Origin: Candidatus Uhrbacteria bacterium
GTDB taxonomy: Bacteria; Patescibacteriota; Patescibacteriia; UBA9934
Reading direction: 5' to 3'
DNA length: 57,531 nucleotides
Assembly (NCBI GenBank): GCA_943357745.1
Contig: CALRGN010000001.1
Span: forward strand, 1 to 57,531
The position numbers and the translations under genes are program-made. Numbering within the stretch: the first letter of the stretch is position 1; each line of letters begins with the position of its first letter. Of this stretch, positions 18,954 through 27,918 are shown one piece after another. Below the pieces are notes generated by a model. That model had not been told where the DNA came from and did not search any database. It saw nothing but the letters and a program-made list of their open reading frames with translations.

Positions 18954-20506
18954 AAAATTCCAGCAATTATCGCGAGTAAACAATAAAAAGGGACCAACGA
19001 CCAATCAAGTTTAGCGAGAACTTTTGTGCTATGGGTTTTAAATATTTTACAAAATTTATCAAAAAAATGATAAACCTTAAAATAAATCCACCCCCCTTTA
19101 AAACCGATGGCGTTAAAATTTTCTAACCAAAGCTCATTCCTTCCTGATTTCACTCCAATTAGTCCAAGATACCAGCCACCTAACATCCCAATTCCAAGTA
19201 GATACACCAATAATTGGCACCAAATCAGAATTATCATCGCTACGCCAATCCCATTAATTTCAAGGACGCCATCGGCCCAACTTCTCCAAATATCATCAGA
19301 TAAAAACAAATTTAATTGAATTTGGATAATTTTCCAACTTAGAGCTGTTGGCATAAACCAAAAGAATAAAATCACCAATCCAAAACCTCCAAGGAGAGTA
19401 GCGTTGCCCTTCCGCCACCAGCTGGAACACCACTGCCCACCCATTACCGTAAAAAGAAAAATTAGACTTATCCAAAGCGACTGCCTAATTCCTGACTCCG
19501 CCAACGGATTCAAGGCGGTAGCGGATAGCATCCCTTGAATAATTACGGTATTAAAAATAAAAAGTAACATCAAATCACTCCAACTTCTAACCCCCAAGTT
19601 GCGATAGTTCCTTAAGCGAGTCAACAAAACAGCAATTCCACCAACATTTAGAACAAGCACCGTTATAAGAAAGATTGGGGTATTGGCAGGGTTTAACCAA
19701 AAAAATATAATTCTAAAAATTAGATACAAGCTGGTTAGGATCTGAAGTATGCTCACCAGGTCAAACCCCCACTCATCAACAATCGGTTCATTTTCTTTGG
19801 CAGTGGTTTTCCCCCAGTCCCGGCTGATTGTTCTAAAATAACAACCCATCAAAATAGTCCCCACCAAGCAAACATTAAACCAATTAGTGAAACCAAACAA
19901 ACCCATATCAACCACCGCCACTTCTACAAATAGTCCACCGCTAAATACGGTTACCGTTGTAAATACAATTAAGACTGTAAAAATCAGCATCCAATCTTTA
20001 CCGGGGAGGACATGTTTTTCCGTCTGGCCTGCCAGAATCGACTGTGATCTCCACTCCATGATTGCTAAACCGAATAATAATAAAGCTAACATTATTATAT
20101 TTCCAGCCAATAAAAAACTATTCATCAAACCCAAATAGATCAAAGTCCATCCCCCCGACACTCTCATTGACCCGTTGTTTTTCTCTTTCCACCTCTGAAG
20201 CTGATGGAACAAAAAACTGAGCGAACTAATCCCCAAAAAATGTCCGGCAAATCTATCCAGATGCCAGTTCATACCAAACATAACCGGATTGAAAACTCCC
20301 CATTGGTAGGGCCAAATCAAGCCATCATTCCCACCAAAAACCACTATCACAGAAACAATTATTCCTAAAACCGCACTTAGTATCACAATCCTTCCACTCC
20401 AACCTCCTCTTCGGCCGTACTCCAATCCTAACCCAAGCCACGGCAATCCTATTACTCCTATCAGCAAACAACCAAGTAATAGGTCATTCATAAATATTAA
20501 TTTCAA
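18938..20506 (-). CDS. Polytopic membrane protein, possibly NuoL/MrpA antiporter-like subunit
   Basis: 522 aa with many TM segments. WHLDRFAGHFLGISSLSFLF...LLAGNIIMLALLLFGLAIMEW resembles the N-terminal D.lS..f...WE region of Nuo L/M/N. ATGA overlap with the NuoB-like gene. Confidence 0.4.
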   Translation of the reverse strand: MKLIFMNDLLLGCLLIGVIGLPWLGLGLEYGRRGGWSGRIVILSAVLGIIVSVIVVFGGNDGLIWPYQWGVFNPVMFGMNWHLDRFAGHFLGISSLSFLFHQLQRWKEKNNGSMRVSGGWTLIYLGLMNSFLLAGNIIMLALLLFGLAIMEWRSQSILAGQTEKHVLPGKDWMLIFTVLIVFTTVTVFSGGLFVEVAVVDMGLFGFTNWFNVCLVGTILMGCYFRTISRDWGKTTAKENEPIVDEWGFDLVSILQILTSLYLIFRIIFFWLNPANTPIFLITVLVLNVGGIAVLLTRLRNYRNLGVRSWSDLMLLFIFNTVIIQGMLSATALNPLAESGIRQSLWISLIFLFTVMGGQWCSSWWRKGNATLLGGFGLVILFFWFMPTALSWKIIQIQLNLFLSDDIWRSWADGVLEINGIGVAMIILIWCQLLVYLLGIGMLGGWYLGLIGVKSGRNELWLENFNAIGFKGGWIYFKVYHFFDKFCKIFKTHSTKVLAKLDWSLVPFYCLLAIIAGILWLKY

Positions 20507-21048
20507 ACGCGTCTAATTAATTGAGCTAGTTCATTTGGGCCTTCCTCACCAATCATCCAATTTACAGGGATAAGCTTAATTTTAAAATCAGCCGATATTC
20601 CACCGATTCTTTCCTCCTCCCGCTTCACCTTAGCGGCCTCGCTTTCAGCATCCTCCATCCCCCATTTCACTTCACTCTCAATCCCAACTGGCAGATCATT
20701 GTCTGAAGGCTTGATCCAAATCACCTTCAATTCACTCTCACCGCCCCATCTACTTTTCAATCTTCCTAAAACCGCCTGCAGTTGATCCCAATCAAAACCA
20801 ACCAAAATCCAAATCTGAGCCAATTCCGGTTTAGAGACAAATTTAATGCGCTCTGGCAAATGGGCGTATTCAATTCCGTATAACGCGCGGAGTTCTTGTC
20901 CAAATGCCTCCCCACCTACTGCAATTTCCGTATAGATACAAATTCTAGCGTCTCTAAAAAAATCCGCCCAAACCTTCATTGGCCCCCGTTTTGCAATTCT
21001 CTTCCAAGCTAACCACCAAGTAAGATAGATAAGCTTCAACCAGGTCAT
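20503..21048 (-). CDS. NuoB / Nqo6 / MbhJ-like small subunit homologue lacking the [4Fe-4S] cysteine ligands
   Basis: VWADFFRDARICIYTEI, YGIEY, SKPELAQIWILVGFDWDQL, ELKVIWI and IKLIPVNWMIGEEGPNELAQLI are colinear with Nqo6 LWPATFGLACCAIEM, ...RFG, SPRQADVMIVAGRLSKKM, PKWVISM and VDVYVPGCPPRPEALIYAV. Only one Cys in 181 aa. Confidence 0.55.
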   Translation of the reverse strand: MTWLKLIYLTWWLAWKRIAKRGPMKVWADFFRDARICIYTEIAVGGEAFGQELRALYGIEYAHLPERIKFVSKPELAQIWILVGFDWDQLQAVLGRLKSRWGGESELKVIWIKPSDNDLPVGIESEVKWGMEDAESEAAKVKREEERIGGISADFKIKLIPVNWMIGEEGPNELAQLIRRV

Positions 21049-21175
21049 ATAATTTCCTGAAGTTTACAGGCTAAAAACCAATTCGGTCAACTGTATCCTC
21101 AGATTTTTTTGTCAAACCCAAACAAAACCAAAATTTTCAACAGTCCCCACCCAAGGCCTACAAGCGTTAAAATTT

Positions 21176-22639
21176 ATGCTATGCTTTAACCCTATGAATC
21201 CATCAAATACACCCCATAATTTAGATAAATCAACCAATCCTGACTCAACCCCAAAGCCAGGGGAATCTCCTTCCAACCGCGTCCCTTCAACTCCAATCGC
21301 GCCCTCCACTCCATTAAAAACCACCCCCCTTTCTATGGCCGAAAAAAATCCCGGGCTGTTGATTGCCAGTATTCTAGGAGTGGTTTTGCTAGCATTAGTC
21401 ACCATGCTCACCATTAACATTAGCAAGAATGTTAATAGCAATGATGGCGATACTGTTGATCCTCGGCAAACAAATAATCAAATCAGACTCAACACCAACA
21501 ATGACCGCGATGCCAGTCAATCCAGCACCAAAACCAGCACCGATAAAAACAAATTTCAAGATCCCGATCAAAATTCCGTCAGTCCCAAATCTTTGAGCGG
21601 TGCGCTTATCAAAAGAACAGTGCCCAATGCTCAATCATCAAAAGCGATTTGCAACGACGGTACTGATTACACCTATTACACTCGCCCGGGGAGTCCGGAA
21701 AATTCCGATAGATGGATTGTGTATTTTCAAGGTGGCGCGGCTTGCAGTTCTGTGGACGCTTGCACTTCCCGTGCCGAGGAAGATCCTGATCTTATTACGG
21801 CGGACACTCAGGCTAGTCGTCTCTCAGACGGAATCCTTTCCAGGGACGAGTCTCATAACCCGGATTTCAATGATTGGAGCCATGTCTTTCTCCCCTATTG
21901 CAGTTCAGATACATGGGCAGGTGATACCACCCACCAAATTGCCAGCGACACTTGGTATTTCTACGGCCACCATATAGTTACAGCCGTGGTGGACGAACTT
22001 TTAAACGGGGTAGGCGACATGCCCAAGTTAAGTGATTCTACTGATCTGATGGTGGTGGGCAGTTCAGCTGGAGGTGGTGGTGTTCAGCTGAATTTAGATC
22101 GAATCTCTGAAACCGTCCATGCTGTTGATTCAGCTGTCAGGATTACCGGCGTACTCGATAGCGTTTGGGGTTTCCTCGTTGAACCATACGCTAGTCGAGA
22201 AGATGCTTATGGAAATGTGCTGTCAGAAGGAGAAGCGATCGAATTCCACAACACCATTGGCGATCAAAGTTGTGAAGCCGCCTCTTCTGCCAACGATGAC
22301 GGCTGTAAAAGTACTGACACCCTGTTGCCGTACTTGAGTACTCCCGTTTTTATTTATATCGATCAGCGGGATAGTTTAAAACTTTCCCGAGTGGGGATTG
22401 ATAATATGGGTAAGGATCCAGCTCAACGTGCCTATTGGGAGGAAACATGGCAACCAAATTTACTCGCTTCGCTTGAAGGTCTTACTGGACTTTTTGCACC
22501 AGTGATCGGAAAGCATACATCCTTAACCAGCGATCGTTTCTACACCGTAAAAATAGACGGCCTTAACTTTGCTGATGTGTTAGGCAACTGGTATTTTGAT
22601 CGATCAGGCCCCAAATCTGTCATTGCAGAACAACCTTAA
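21176..22639 (+). CDS. Membrane-anchored pectin acetylesterase / Notum-like (PAE family) carbohydrate esterase
   Basis: CNDGTDYTYY..WIVYFQGGAACSS, GILS...NPDF.DWSHVFLPYCSSDTWAGD, YFYGHHIV and GSSAGGGG (GxSxG) are colinear with plant PAE motifs. A Pro/Ser/Thr-rich N-terminal region is followed by one TM. The true start is uncertain (21176, 21194 or 21335). Confidence 0.6.
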   Translation: MLCFNPMNPSNTPHNLDKSTNPDSTPKPGESPSNRVPSTPIAPSTPLKTTPLSMAEKNPGLLIASILGVVLLALVTMLTINISKNVNSNDGDTVDPRQTNNQIRLNTNNDRDASQSSTKTSTDKNKFQDPDQNSVSPKSLSGALIKRTVPNAQSSKAICNDGTDYTYYTRPGSPENSDRWIVYFQGGAACSSVDACTSRAEEDPDLITADTQASRLSDGILSRDESHNPDFNDWSHVFLPYCSSDTWAGDTTHQIASDTWYFYGHHIVTAVVDELLNGVGDMPKLSDSTDLMVVGSSAGGGGVQLNLDRISETVHAVDSAVRITGVLDSVWGFLVEPYASREDAYGNVLSEGEAIEFHNTIGDQSCEAASSANDDGCKSTDTLLPYLSTPVFIYIDQRDSLKLSRVGIDNMGKDPAQRAYWEETWQPNLLASLEGLTGLFAPVIGKHTSLTSDRFYTVKIDGLNFADVLGNWYFDRSGPKSVIAEQP

Positions 22640-23931
22640 ACCAACCGTCGCGCCACTTGATCAACATCACCCGCTCCCATCACCAGTAAAACATCTTTTG
22701 GTAGGATAATTTGACGGAGCAACGCTTCGGCCACCTCAAGATTCAAGGCGTAATGTCCGTGCGGATGGTTTGTGGCTTCTAGCAATTGCTTGCTACTCAC
22801 CGTTTCAGTGGCCGTTGTCCGACCAGTAACGCCGTATATTTCGGACAAAACGAGTTCATCCGCCAAATCAAAACTTTTAGAAAATTCCTCAAAAAAATCC
22901 ATCGTCCGCCGGTGCTGATGGGGCTCAAATAACAAAACAATCCTCCGATCAGGATAAAATTCCCGCACTGCTTTAAGAGTAGCCTTAATTGCGGTTGGAT
23001 GATGGGCGTAGTCAGAAATCACCGTTGCCCCCTTAAACTCTCCCACCACTTCAAATCGTCGCCAAATTCCGCGATAATTTTGCAAAGCGATATCAATATT
23101 AGTGCGATCGGAGTCAGCACTCAGCCAATTAACCACCGCCCGCGCCCCCGCCGCATTGGCGCGATTAAAGATTCCTGGCACCAATAATTTCAATTCGCCA
23201 AGATCAGACGCGCTATATTCCACCAGCCGATTACCACTCAATTGCGCACTATGAACATCATCCTTATTAACAAACACCACGCTAGTAGTCTGCTCCGCCA
23301 ATTGCTGAAACCCAGCCACCACGCCACTCAGATCACCATAAATCTCCAGATGATCCGCTTCAATATTAGTGATTAGAGTAATCGCTGGCCGTAAACTCAA
23401 CATCTTCCGCTTATATTCATCCCCCTCTATCAACAAGATCCCCTTTCCTTCATTCTGTACCTTGCCTATTCTCAAATTCCCCAGTTTCCACCCCGGCACC
23501 ACCGACCCCACAAATACAGTGGGATCCATTCCAAGCGCAATCAAACACTCCGCCAACATCGCCGTTGTGGTGGACTTACCATGCGTTCCAGTAACACAAA
23601 TAACGAAATAATTATTGGCTAATTCCCCAAAGAATTCAAAGTGTCCCAGCGTTTTGATGCTCCTTTTTTTTGCGGATATTAACACTACATCGGTGATAGG
23701 AACCGCTTCCGAGTAAACCACCAGATCAACCCCAGTAGGCAGTTCAGTTGGACTTTGACCAATCGTAATCTCACCGCCCAGCGCTAGCACCGCATTAGTC
23801 TGATCACTTACCACCAGGTCACATCCAGATACGCGTTTCCCGTTTGCCAAAGAAAACTTAGCAACGGCACTAATTCCAATCCCACCCGCTCCAACCGCAT
23901 AGAGATGAGTGAATTCATCAAGAAAACTCAT
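22636..23931 (-). CDS. murC: UDP-N-acetylmuramate--L-alanine ligase
   Basis: GAGGIGISAVA Rossmann N-terminus, GTHGKSTTTAM P-loop and Mur ligase central/C-terminal domains. Confidence 0.85.
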   Translation of the reverse strand: MSFLDEFTHLYAVGAGGIGISAVAKFSLANGKRVSGCDLVVSDQTNAVLALGGEITIGQSPTELPTGVDLVVYSEAVPITDVVLISAKKRSIKTLGHFEFFGELANNYFVICVTGTHGKSTTTAMLAECLIALGMDPTVFVGSVVPGWKLGNLRIGKVQNEGKGILLIEGDEYKRKMLSLRPAITLITNIEADHLEIYGDLSGVVAGFQQLAEQTTSVVFVNKDDVHSAQLSGNRLVEYSASDLGELKLLVPGIFNRANAAGARAVVNWLSADSDRTNIDIALQNYRGIWRRFEVVGEFKGATVISDYAHHPTAIKATLKAVREFYPDRRIVLLFEPHQHRRTMDFFEEFSKSFDLADELVLSEIYGVTGRTTATETVSSKQLLEATNHPHGHYALNLEVAEALLRQIILPKDVLLVMGAGDVDQVARRLV

Positions 23932-23933
23932 AT

Positions 23934-24236
23934 CTAATCCGGTTTTCGTTTTGCAATTTGATTCTTCAGTTGATCCTTAGCTAAATCAATCGCCGCATAC
24001 AGATCATCTTTCACTATCCGCAAATGAATACTTGGCCCGGGTAAAATACAATTTACTTCCGCAAAGAAAATCTCGCCCTTTGCATGGTGTTTGCTATCCT
24101 TACCAACTCTAATTTCCAAATCAAACGGTTGATACCGAACCGTCATTTTTTCTAGTTGACCAAATTTCAATTCAATAAACTGATTAATCGCTGGAGTGAG
24201 TTCTAAATTCTGCCCTTCAATTTTTATAATACGCAT
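23934..24236 (-). CDS. hpf: Ribosome hibernation-promoting factor / RaiA family (short form)
   Basis: 100 aa. The MRI.I.G.N.ELTPAI..FIE.K...L pattern is typical of the sigma-54 modulation protein / S30EA family. Confidence 0.75.
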   Translation of the reverse strand: MRIIKIEGQNLELTPAINQFIELKFGQLEKMTVRYQPFDLEIRVGKDSKHHAKGEIFFAEVNCILPGPSIHLRIVKDDLYAAIDLAKDQLKNQIAKRKPD

Positions 24237-24240
24237 AGAT

Positions 24241-25227
24241 TCATATTTCTAAATTAAGTCCAATCAAACTTAATTCCTCTTGTAATCTAATTCCAAATTT
24301 CTCATAAATTCCCCTTTTAATTAATTTTATTAATTGAGAGATTTCGCTCGCTCTAGCCTGACCCAGATTAACCAAAAAATTTCCATGACTTAATGATACC
24401 TCCGATTGACCGACTCTGGTTCCTTTAAACCCCGCCTGTTCAATCAACCAACCAGCCCCCAAACGATGCGCTTGGAGCATCTTGGCAGGAACGATAGTGA
24501 CTTTAAGTATGCGTTGTAATTGCTCCTCGGTAAAATTTTCAACATTCACAAACACACATCCAGCTGATGAAGTACCAAACGGTTGCGTTAATTTTCTCTG
24601 CTGTAAAAAATCAGAAAGCTTTGCCACACACCTCTTTGGGTCCGCTGGTGCTAACTGAAATTCCGCCACAACAACAATCGTCTGCTTGTAGTCCTTATTT
24701 TTCAGAATTGAATGACGATAGCTAAATTCCAGTTTTTCTTTTTCCCACTGTTCAATCACCCCATTATGGAGCACCGTAACAGCAAGTAGATGATCGGAAA
24801 TTTCTCCTCCAAAACAGCCGGCATTGCCCCGCACCGCTCCCCCAATCGTTCCCGGAAGTGAAATCGCCCATTCTAATCCGGTCAATCCCTGCTCGGACGC
24901 TTGCCTAGCCACCGAGGCAGTGATTGCCCCCGCTTCCGCCACTAGTCGATCTCCCTCAATCTTCACTTCTCTAAAAGCAATCTTTATCACTAGTCCCAGA
25001 TAACCTTCATCCGACGCCAAAGTATTTGATCCTCCCCCTAAAACCACCCAATCAACAGCAAGGTCATTCGCCATTTTAACCCCCGCTTCTAAATCAGCCC
25101 CGCTTCTCACTTCTAAAAAATAACGCGCCGGGCCCCCCACTCTAAAATTCAAATGCCTAGAGAGCGGTTCATTCTCCTTAAACTGGGCGCCAAATCGCTC
25201 TCTAAATCGTTGCGGAGCGGTATACAT
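24241..25227 (-). CDS. murB: UDP-N-acetylenolpyruvoylglucosamine reductase
   Basis: FRVGGPARYF, VLGGGSN and GAGWLIEQAGFKG motifs. TATAAT lies 6 nt upstream of the ATG. Confidence 0.85.
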   Translation of the reverse strand: MYTAPQRFRERFGAQFKENEPLSRHLNFRVGGPARYFLEVRSGADLEAGVKMANDLAVDWVVLGGGSNTLASDEGYLGLVIKIAFREVKIEGDRLVAEAGAITASVARQASEQGLTGLEWAISLPGTIGGAVRGNAGCFGGEISDHLLAVTVLHNGVIEQWEKEKLEFSYRHSILKNKDYKQTIVVVAEFQLAPADPKRCVAKLSDFLQQRKLTQPFGTSSAGCVFVNVENFTEEQLQRILKVTIVPAKMLQAHRLGAGWLIEQAGFKGTRVGQSEVSLSHGNFLVNLGQARASEISQLIKLIKRGIYEKFGIRLQEELSLIGLNLEI

Positions 25228-25270
25228 ATCCCTATTATATTACAATATATCCGGAAATTAGCCAAATAAT

Positions 25271-25298
25271 TTGACGGCATCTATATTTCTGCTACACT
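25271..25298 (+). promoter_or_regulatory. Sigma-70-type promoter (TTGACG - 16 nt - TACACT) for the G+C-rich ORF at 25331
   Basis: Hexamers read directly from the sequence. The same TAYACT -10 form recurs upstream of rplU, glyA and the other orphan ORFs. Confidence 0.5.
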
Positions 25299-25330
25299 AT
25301 CTGCGCTCAACCCACAACCTAGGAGGGACC

Positions 25331-25666
25331 TTGAGCGTTACCATCCAGCTATTTTTGAACCCACCCCCCGCCTTAAGCAAGCGAAAAAAAGAACGATTCG
25401 TGACAGCGGTCCGGAGGGAGTTTTTCACTCACTGTACCGCGCTCGCTCTGGCCCCCGAGTTCCACAACGTGGATCACGGTCCCTACAAGCTCGAGCTCAA
25501 GTTCCGTTCCGATCAGCCCGACGGAAGCGGTGTCCGTATTGACGGCGCCACTGCGCTCGATGGCAGCAGCCTTGAACGGCTCACCACTTGGGCAACTGGG
25601 GTTTACTCAGCCCGGATCGCCAACTGCCCAGGTGCGTCCGTCTCTGAGGCACAACCGTCGGTCTAG
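25331..25666 (+). CDS. Orphan hypothetical protein (111 aa), G+C-rich cassette A
   Basis: AGGAGG at 25321-25326, 4 nt before a TTG start that is in frame with the 25271 ORF. 37/60 G+C in line 25441-25500. Followed by a strong hairpin. No recognisable domain. Confidence 0.45.
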   Translation: MSVTIQLFLNPPPALSKRKKERFVTAVRREFFTHCTALALAPEFHNVDHGPYKLELKFRSDQPDGSGVRIDGATALDGSSLERLTTWATGVYSARIANCPGASVSEAQPSV

Positions 25667-25690
25667 TCCCGTCGTTCTCTCCCCCCCCTT

Positions 25691-25730
25691 CGCCCGCCCC
25701 GCGTCTCTTCGCGTGGCGGGCGCTTCATTT
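25691..25730 (+). terminator. G+C-rich hairpin (about 13 bp stem) followed by a weak T-tract, downstream of cassette A
   Basis: cgcccgcc-ccgcg-tctctt-cgcg-t-ggcgggcg followed by cttcatttcc. Confidence 0.5.
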
Positions 25731-25766
25731 CCATAAAAACAACCTTTCCCGTATACTTCAGAACAT

Positions 25767-27017
25767 ATGTCCATCACACCAAACTCCCCTTTATCAATCC
25801 AAGATCCGGCCATTGCCTCCGCCATCAACGCCGAGGCGCACCGTCAACAAACCTCCCTAGAACTAATCCCCTCAGAAAACTTTGTCTCCCCCGCCGTATT
25901 AGAGGCGCTTGGTTCGGTCGCCACCAATAAATATGCGGAAGGGTATCCCGGCAAAAGATATTACGGTGGTTGTGAAAATGTTGATGTGATGGAAGACCTC
26001 GCCCGAGATCGCGCTAAAGCGATTTACGGCGCTGAGCATGTCAATGTCCAATCTCATTCCGGCGCCCCCGCTAACATTGCCGTTTACGCCGCCCTACTCT
26101 CCCCCGGAGACACCGTGCTAGGAATGGATCTCTCTCACGGCGGTCATCTCACCCATGGTCATCCCGTTACGGACTCCGCCCAGCGGTATAACTTTCTTAG
26201 ATATAAAACTACTCCGGAAGGAACGATTGATTATGATGCTCTCGAGGCCACCGCCAAAGAACACAAACCTAAATTAATTTTGGTAGGCTACTCCGCCTAT
26301 TCAAGAGAAATTGATTACAAGCGGGTCAAAGAAATCGCTGAAAGCGTGGGCGCTTTTGCGATGGCAGACATTGCCCACATCGCCGGTTTGATTGCCGGCG
26401 GTGAAATGAATAATCCGGTACCATTTTTTGATGTCGTTACCACCACCACTCACAAAACTTTAAGAGGTCCGCGTGGTGGCATGATCATGTGTCAGTCCGC
26501 CCTCGCCAAACAAATTGATAAAGCGGTCTTCCCACTATTGCAAGGTGGACCACATATGAACACTATCGCCGCCAAAGCGGTCGCCTTTGGTGAAGCTCAA
26601 GAACCAGCCTTCAAGCTCTACGCCAAACAAATCAAAGCAAACGCTCAAGCCCTCGCCACCGCACTTACCACTCGTGGCTTTAAGCTAGCGTTTGGTGGAA
26701 CGGAGAATCATTTAATGTTGCTCGACCTCACGAGTAAAGCCATCACTGGCGGAATTGCCCAAACCGCTCTAGACTCCGCCGGCATCACTTGCAACAAAAA
26801 CATGATTCCGGACGATCCCCGATCGCCAATGGATCCTTCCGGTTTACGGCTCGGCACGCCCGCTATTACTACTAGAGGTCTTAAAGCCGAGCAGATGGCC
26901 AATATCGCCCATTGGATTGATCAAGCTATTCAAAATCATGCTAACCCCATCGCCCTCGCCAACATCAAGGCTGAAGTAGCGGATTTCATGAACCCTTATC
27001 CGTTGTTTCAAAAATAA
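25767..27017 (+). CDS. glyA: Serine hydroxymethyltransferase
   Basis: [22 protein letters not shown] and [14 protein letters not shown] (PLP lysine) motifs. Confidence 0.95.
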   Translation: MSITPNSPLSIQDPAIASAINAEAHRQQTSLELIPSENFVSPAVLEALGSVATNKYAEGYPGKRYYGGCENVDVMEDLARDRAKAIYGAEHVNVQSHSGAPANIAVYAALLSPGDTVLGMDLSHGGHLTHGHPVTDSAQRYNFLRYKTTPEGTIDYDALEATAKEHKPKLILVGYSAYSREIDYKRVKEIAESVGAFAMADIAHIAGLIAGGEMNNPVPFFDVVTTTTHKTLRGPRGGMIMCQSALAKQIDKAVFPLLQGGPHMNTIAAKAVAFGEAQEPAFKLYAKQIKANAQALATALTTRGFKLAFGGTENHLMLLDLTSKAITGGIAQTALDSAGITCNKNMIPDDPRSPMDPSGLRLGTPAITTRGLKAEQMANIAHWIDQAIQNHANPIALANIKAEVADFMNPYPLFQK

Positions 27018-27054
27018 TTTTGAGTTATCAATCACTCCCACCTCAATTTCAAAT

Positions 27055-27918
27055 ATGACGGAAATTATTCGCGGTCGCTTGCTAGCAAAAAACATTTTAG
27101 AAAAAACCAAGGCCCGTCTCCCCGCTCCACCGCCAGGTAGAACCACTCCCGCTAATCCTCCCGGCCTAGGTGTAATCCTAATTGGCGCCGATCCCGCTTC
27201 CACTTTATATGTCAAGCTAAAAACTCAAGCCGCCAAAGAAGTGGGGCTATATGTGGAAATCGTAAATTTTGATAAATCGGTGGATCAAAAACTTGTTCTC
27301 ACTAAAATTGCCGAGTGGAATCTTCGCACCGATATCAACGGCATCTTAGTACAATTCCCCGTGCCTAAAGAATTTGATGGCGATCTACTAGTCAAAGCGA
27401 TTCACCCCAATAAAGATGTGGACGGTTTCCATCCCGAGAATCGAGCCGCGCTCTTAAACGGCAAAGCTAATTTAGTGCCACCGGTAGCGCTAGCAATCAT
27501 GCGCCTAATTCAAGCCACCCATCTACCGCTCACCAATAAACATGCCTTGATCATTTCAAAGAGCACGGTTTTTGCTGAACCGTTAATTGAATTAATGAAA
27601 GAGGCCGGGCTAGTGGGCAGTAGAATCTCACCACGTTCCGCCACTCTCAAGCCCCAGGCACAATCCGCCGATCTCATTGTGGTCGCCGTCGGGAAGGCCG
27701 GTTTTTTGACCAAAGAGCTCGTCAAACCAGGGGCAATTATCATTGATGTTGGTACCAACCGAGAAAACGGCAAAGTAGTAGGAGACACTGCCCCAGACGC
27801 CGCCGCTCTGGCCGCCTTCATCTCCCCCGTTCCCGGCGGCGTTGGTCCTCTCACCGTGGCCTATTTAGTTTTGAATGTGATTAGAGCCCAAGAAAAACAA
27901 ACCAATCAATTAAAATAA
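27055..27918 (+). CDS. folD: Bifunctional methylenetetrahydrofolate dehydrogenase / methenyl-THF cyclohydrolase
   Basis: YVKLK, GILVQFPVPK, DVDGFHP and PVPGGVGPLTVA motifs. Confidence 0.9.
   Translation: MTEIIRGRLLAKNILEKTKARLPAPPPGRTTPANPPGLGVILIGADPASTLYVKLKTQAAKEVGLYVEIVNFDKSVDQKLVLTKIAEWNLRTDINGILVQFPVPKEFDGDLLVKAIHPNKDVDGFHPENRAALLNGKANLVPPVALAIMRLIQATHLPLTNKHALIISKSTVFAEPLIELMKEAGLVGSRISPRSATLKPQAQSADLIVVAVGKAGFLTKELVKPGAIIIDVGTNRENGKVVGDTAPDAAALAAFISPVPGGVGPLTVAYLVLNVIRAQEKQTNQLK

Noticed and set aside
21112-21441. 109-aa minus-strand ORF, and the 21395-21634 ORF
   Set aside because: Both are antisense to the 5' part of the PAE-like gene and have no motif. The low-complexity Pro/Ser/Thr coding region on the other strand keeps these frames open.
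25271-25766. The G+C-rich region upstream of glyA-folD as a ZTP (pfl) or THF riboswitch, RNase P RNA or tmRNA
   Set aside because: The location upstream of glyA/folD fits a ZTP riboswitch, and cgtgacagcgg vaguely resembles CGUGACUGGCG. However, I could not find the 3' CCGCCUGGGCA pseudoknot element on the plus strand. Only ctgcccaggtgcg is present, in the wrong orientation. I also found no GGAAAGUCC (RNase P), no tmRNA-type 5' GGGG...UCGAC, and no T-arm/ACCA 3' end. An SD-led ORF followed by a terminator explains the region better. cmsearch would settle the question.
26844-27215. 123-aa minus-strand ORF spanning the glyA-folD junction
   Set aside because: It is antisense to two genes with unambiguous motifs, so it is a shadow ORF.
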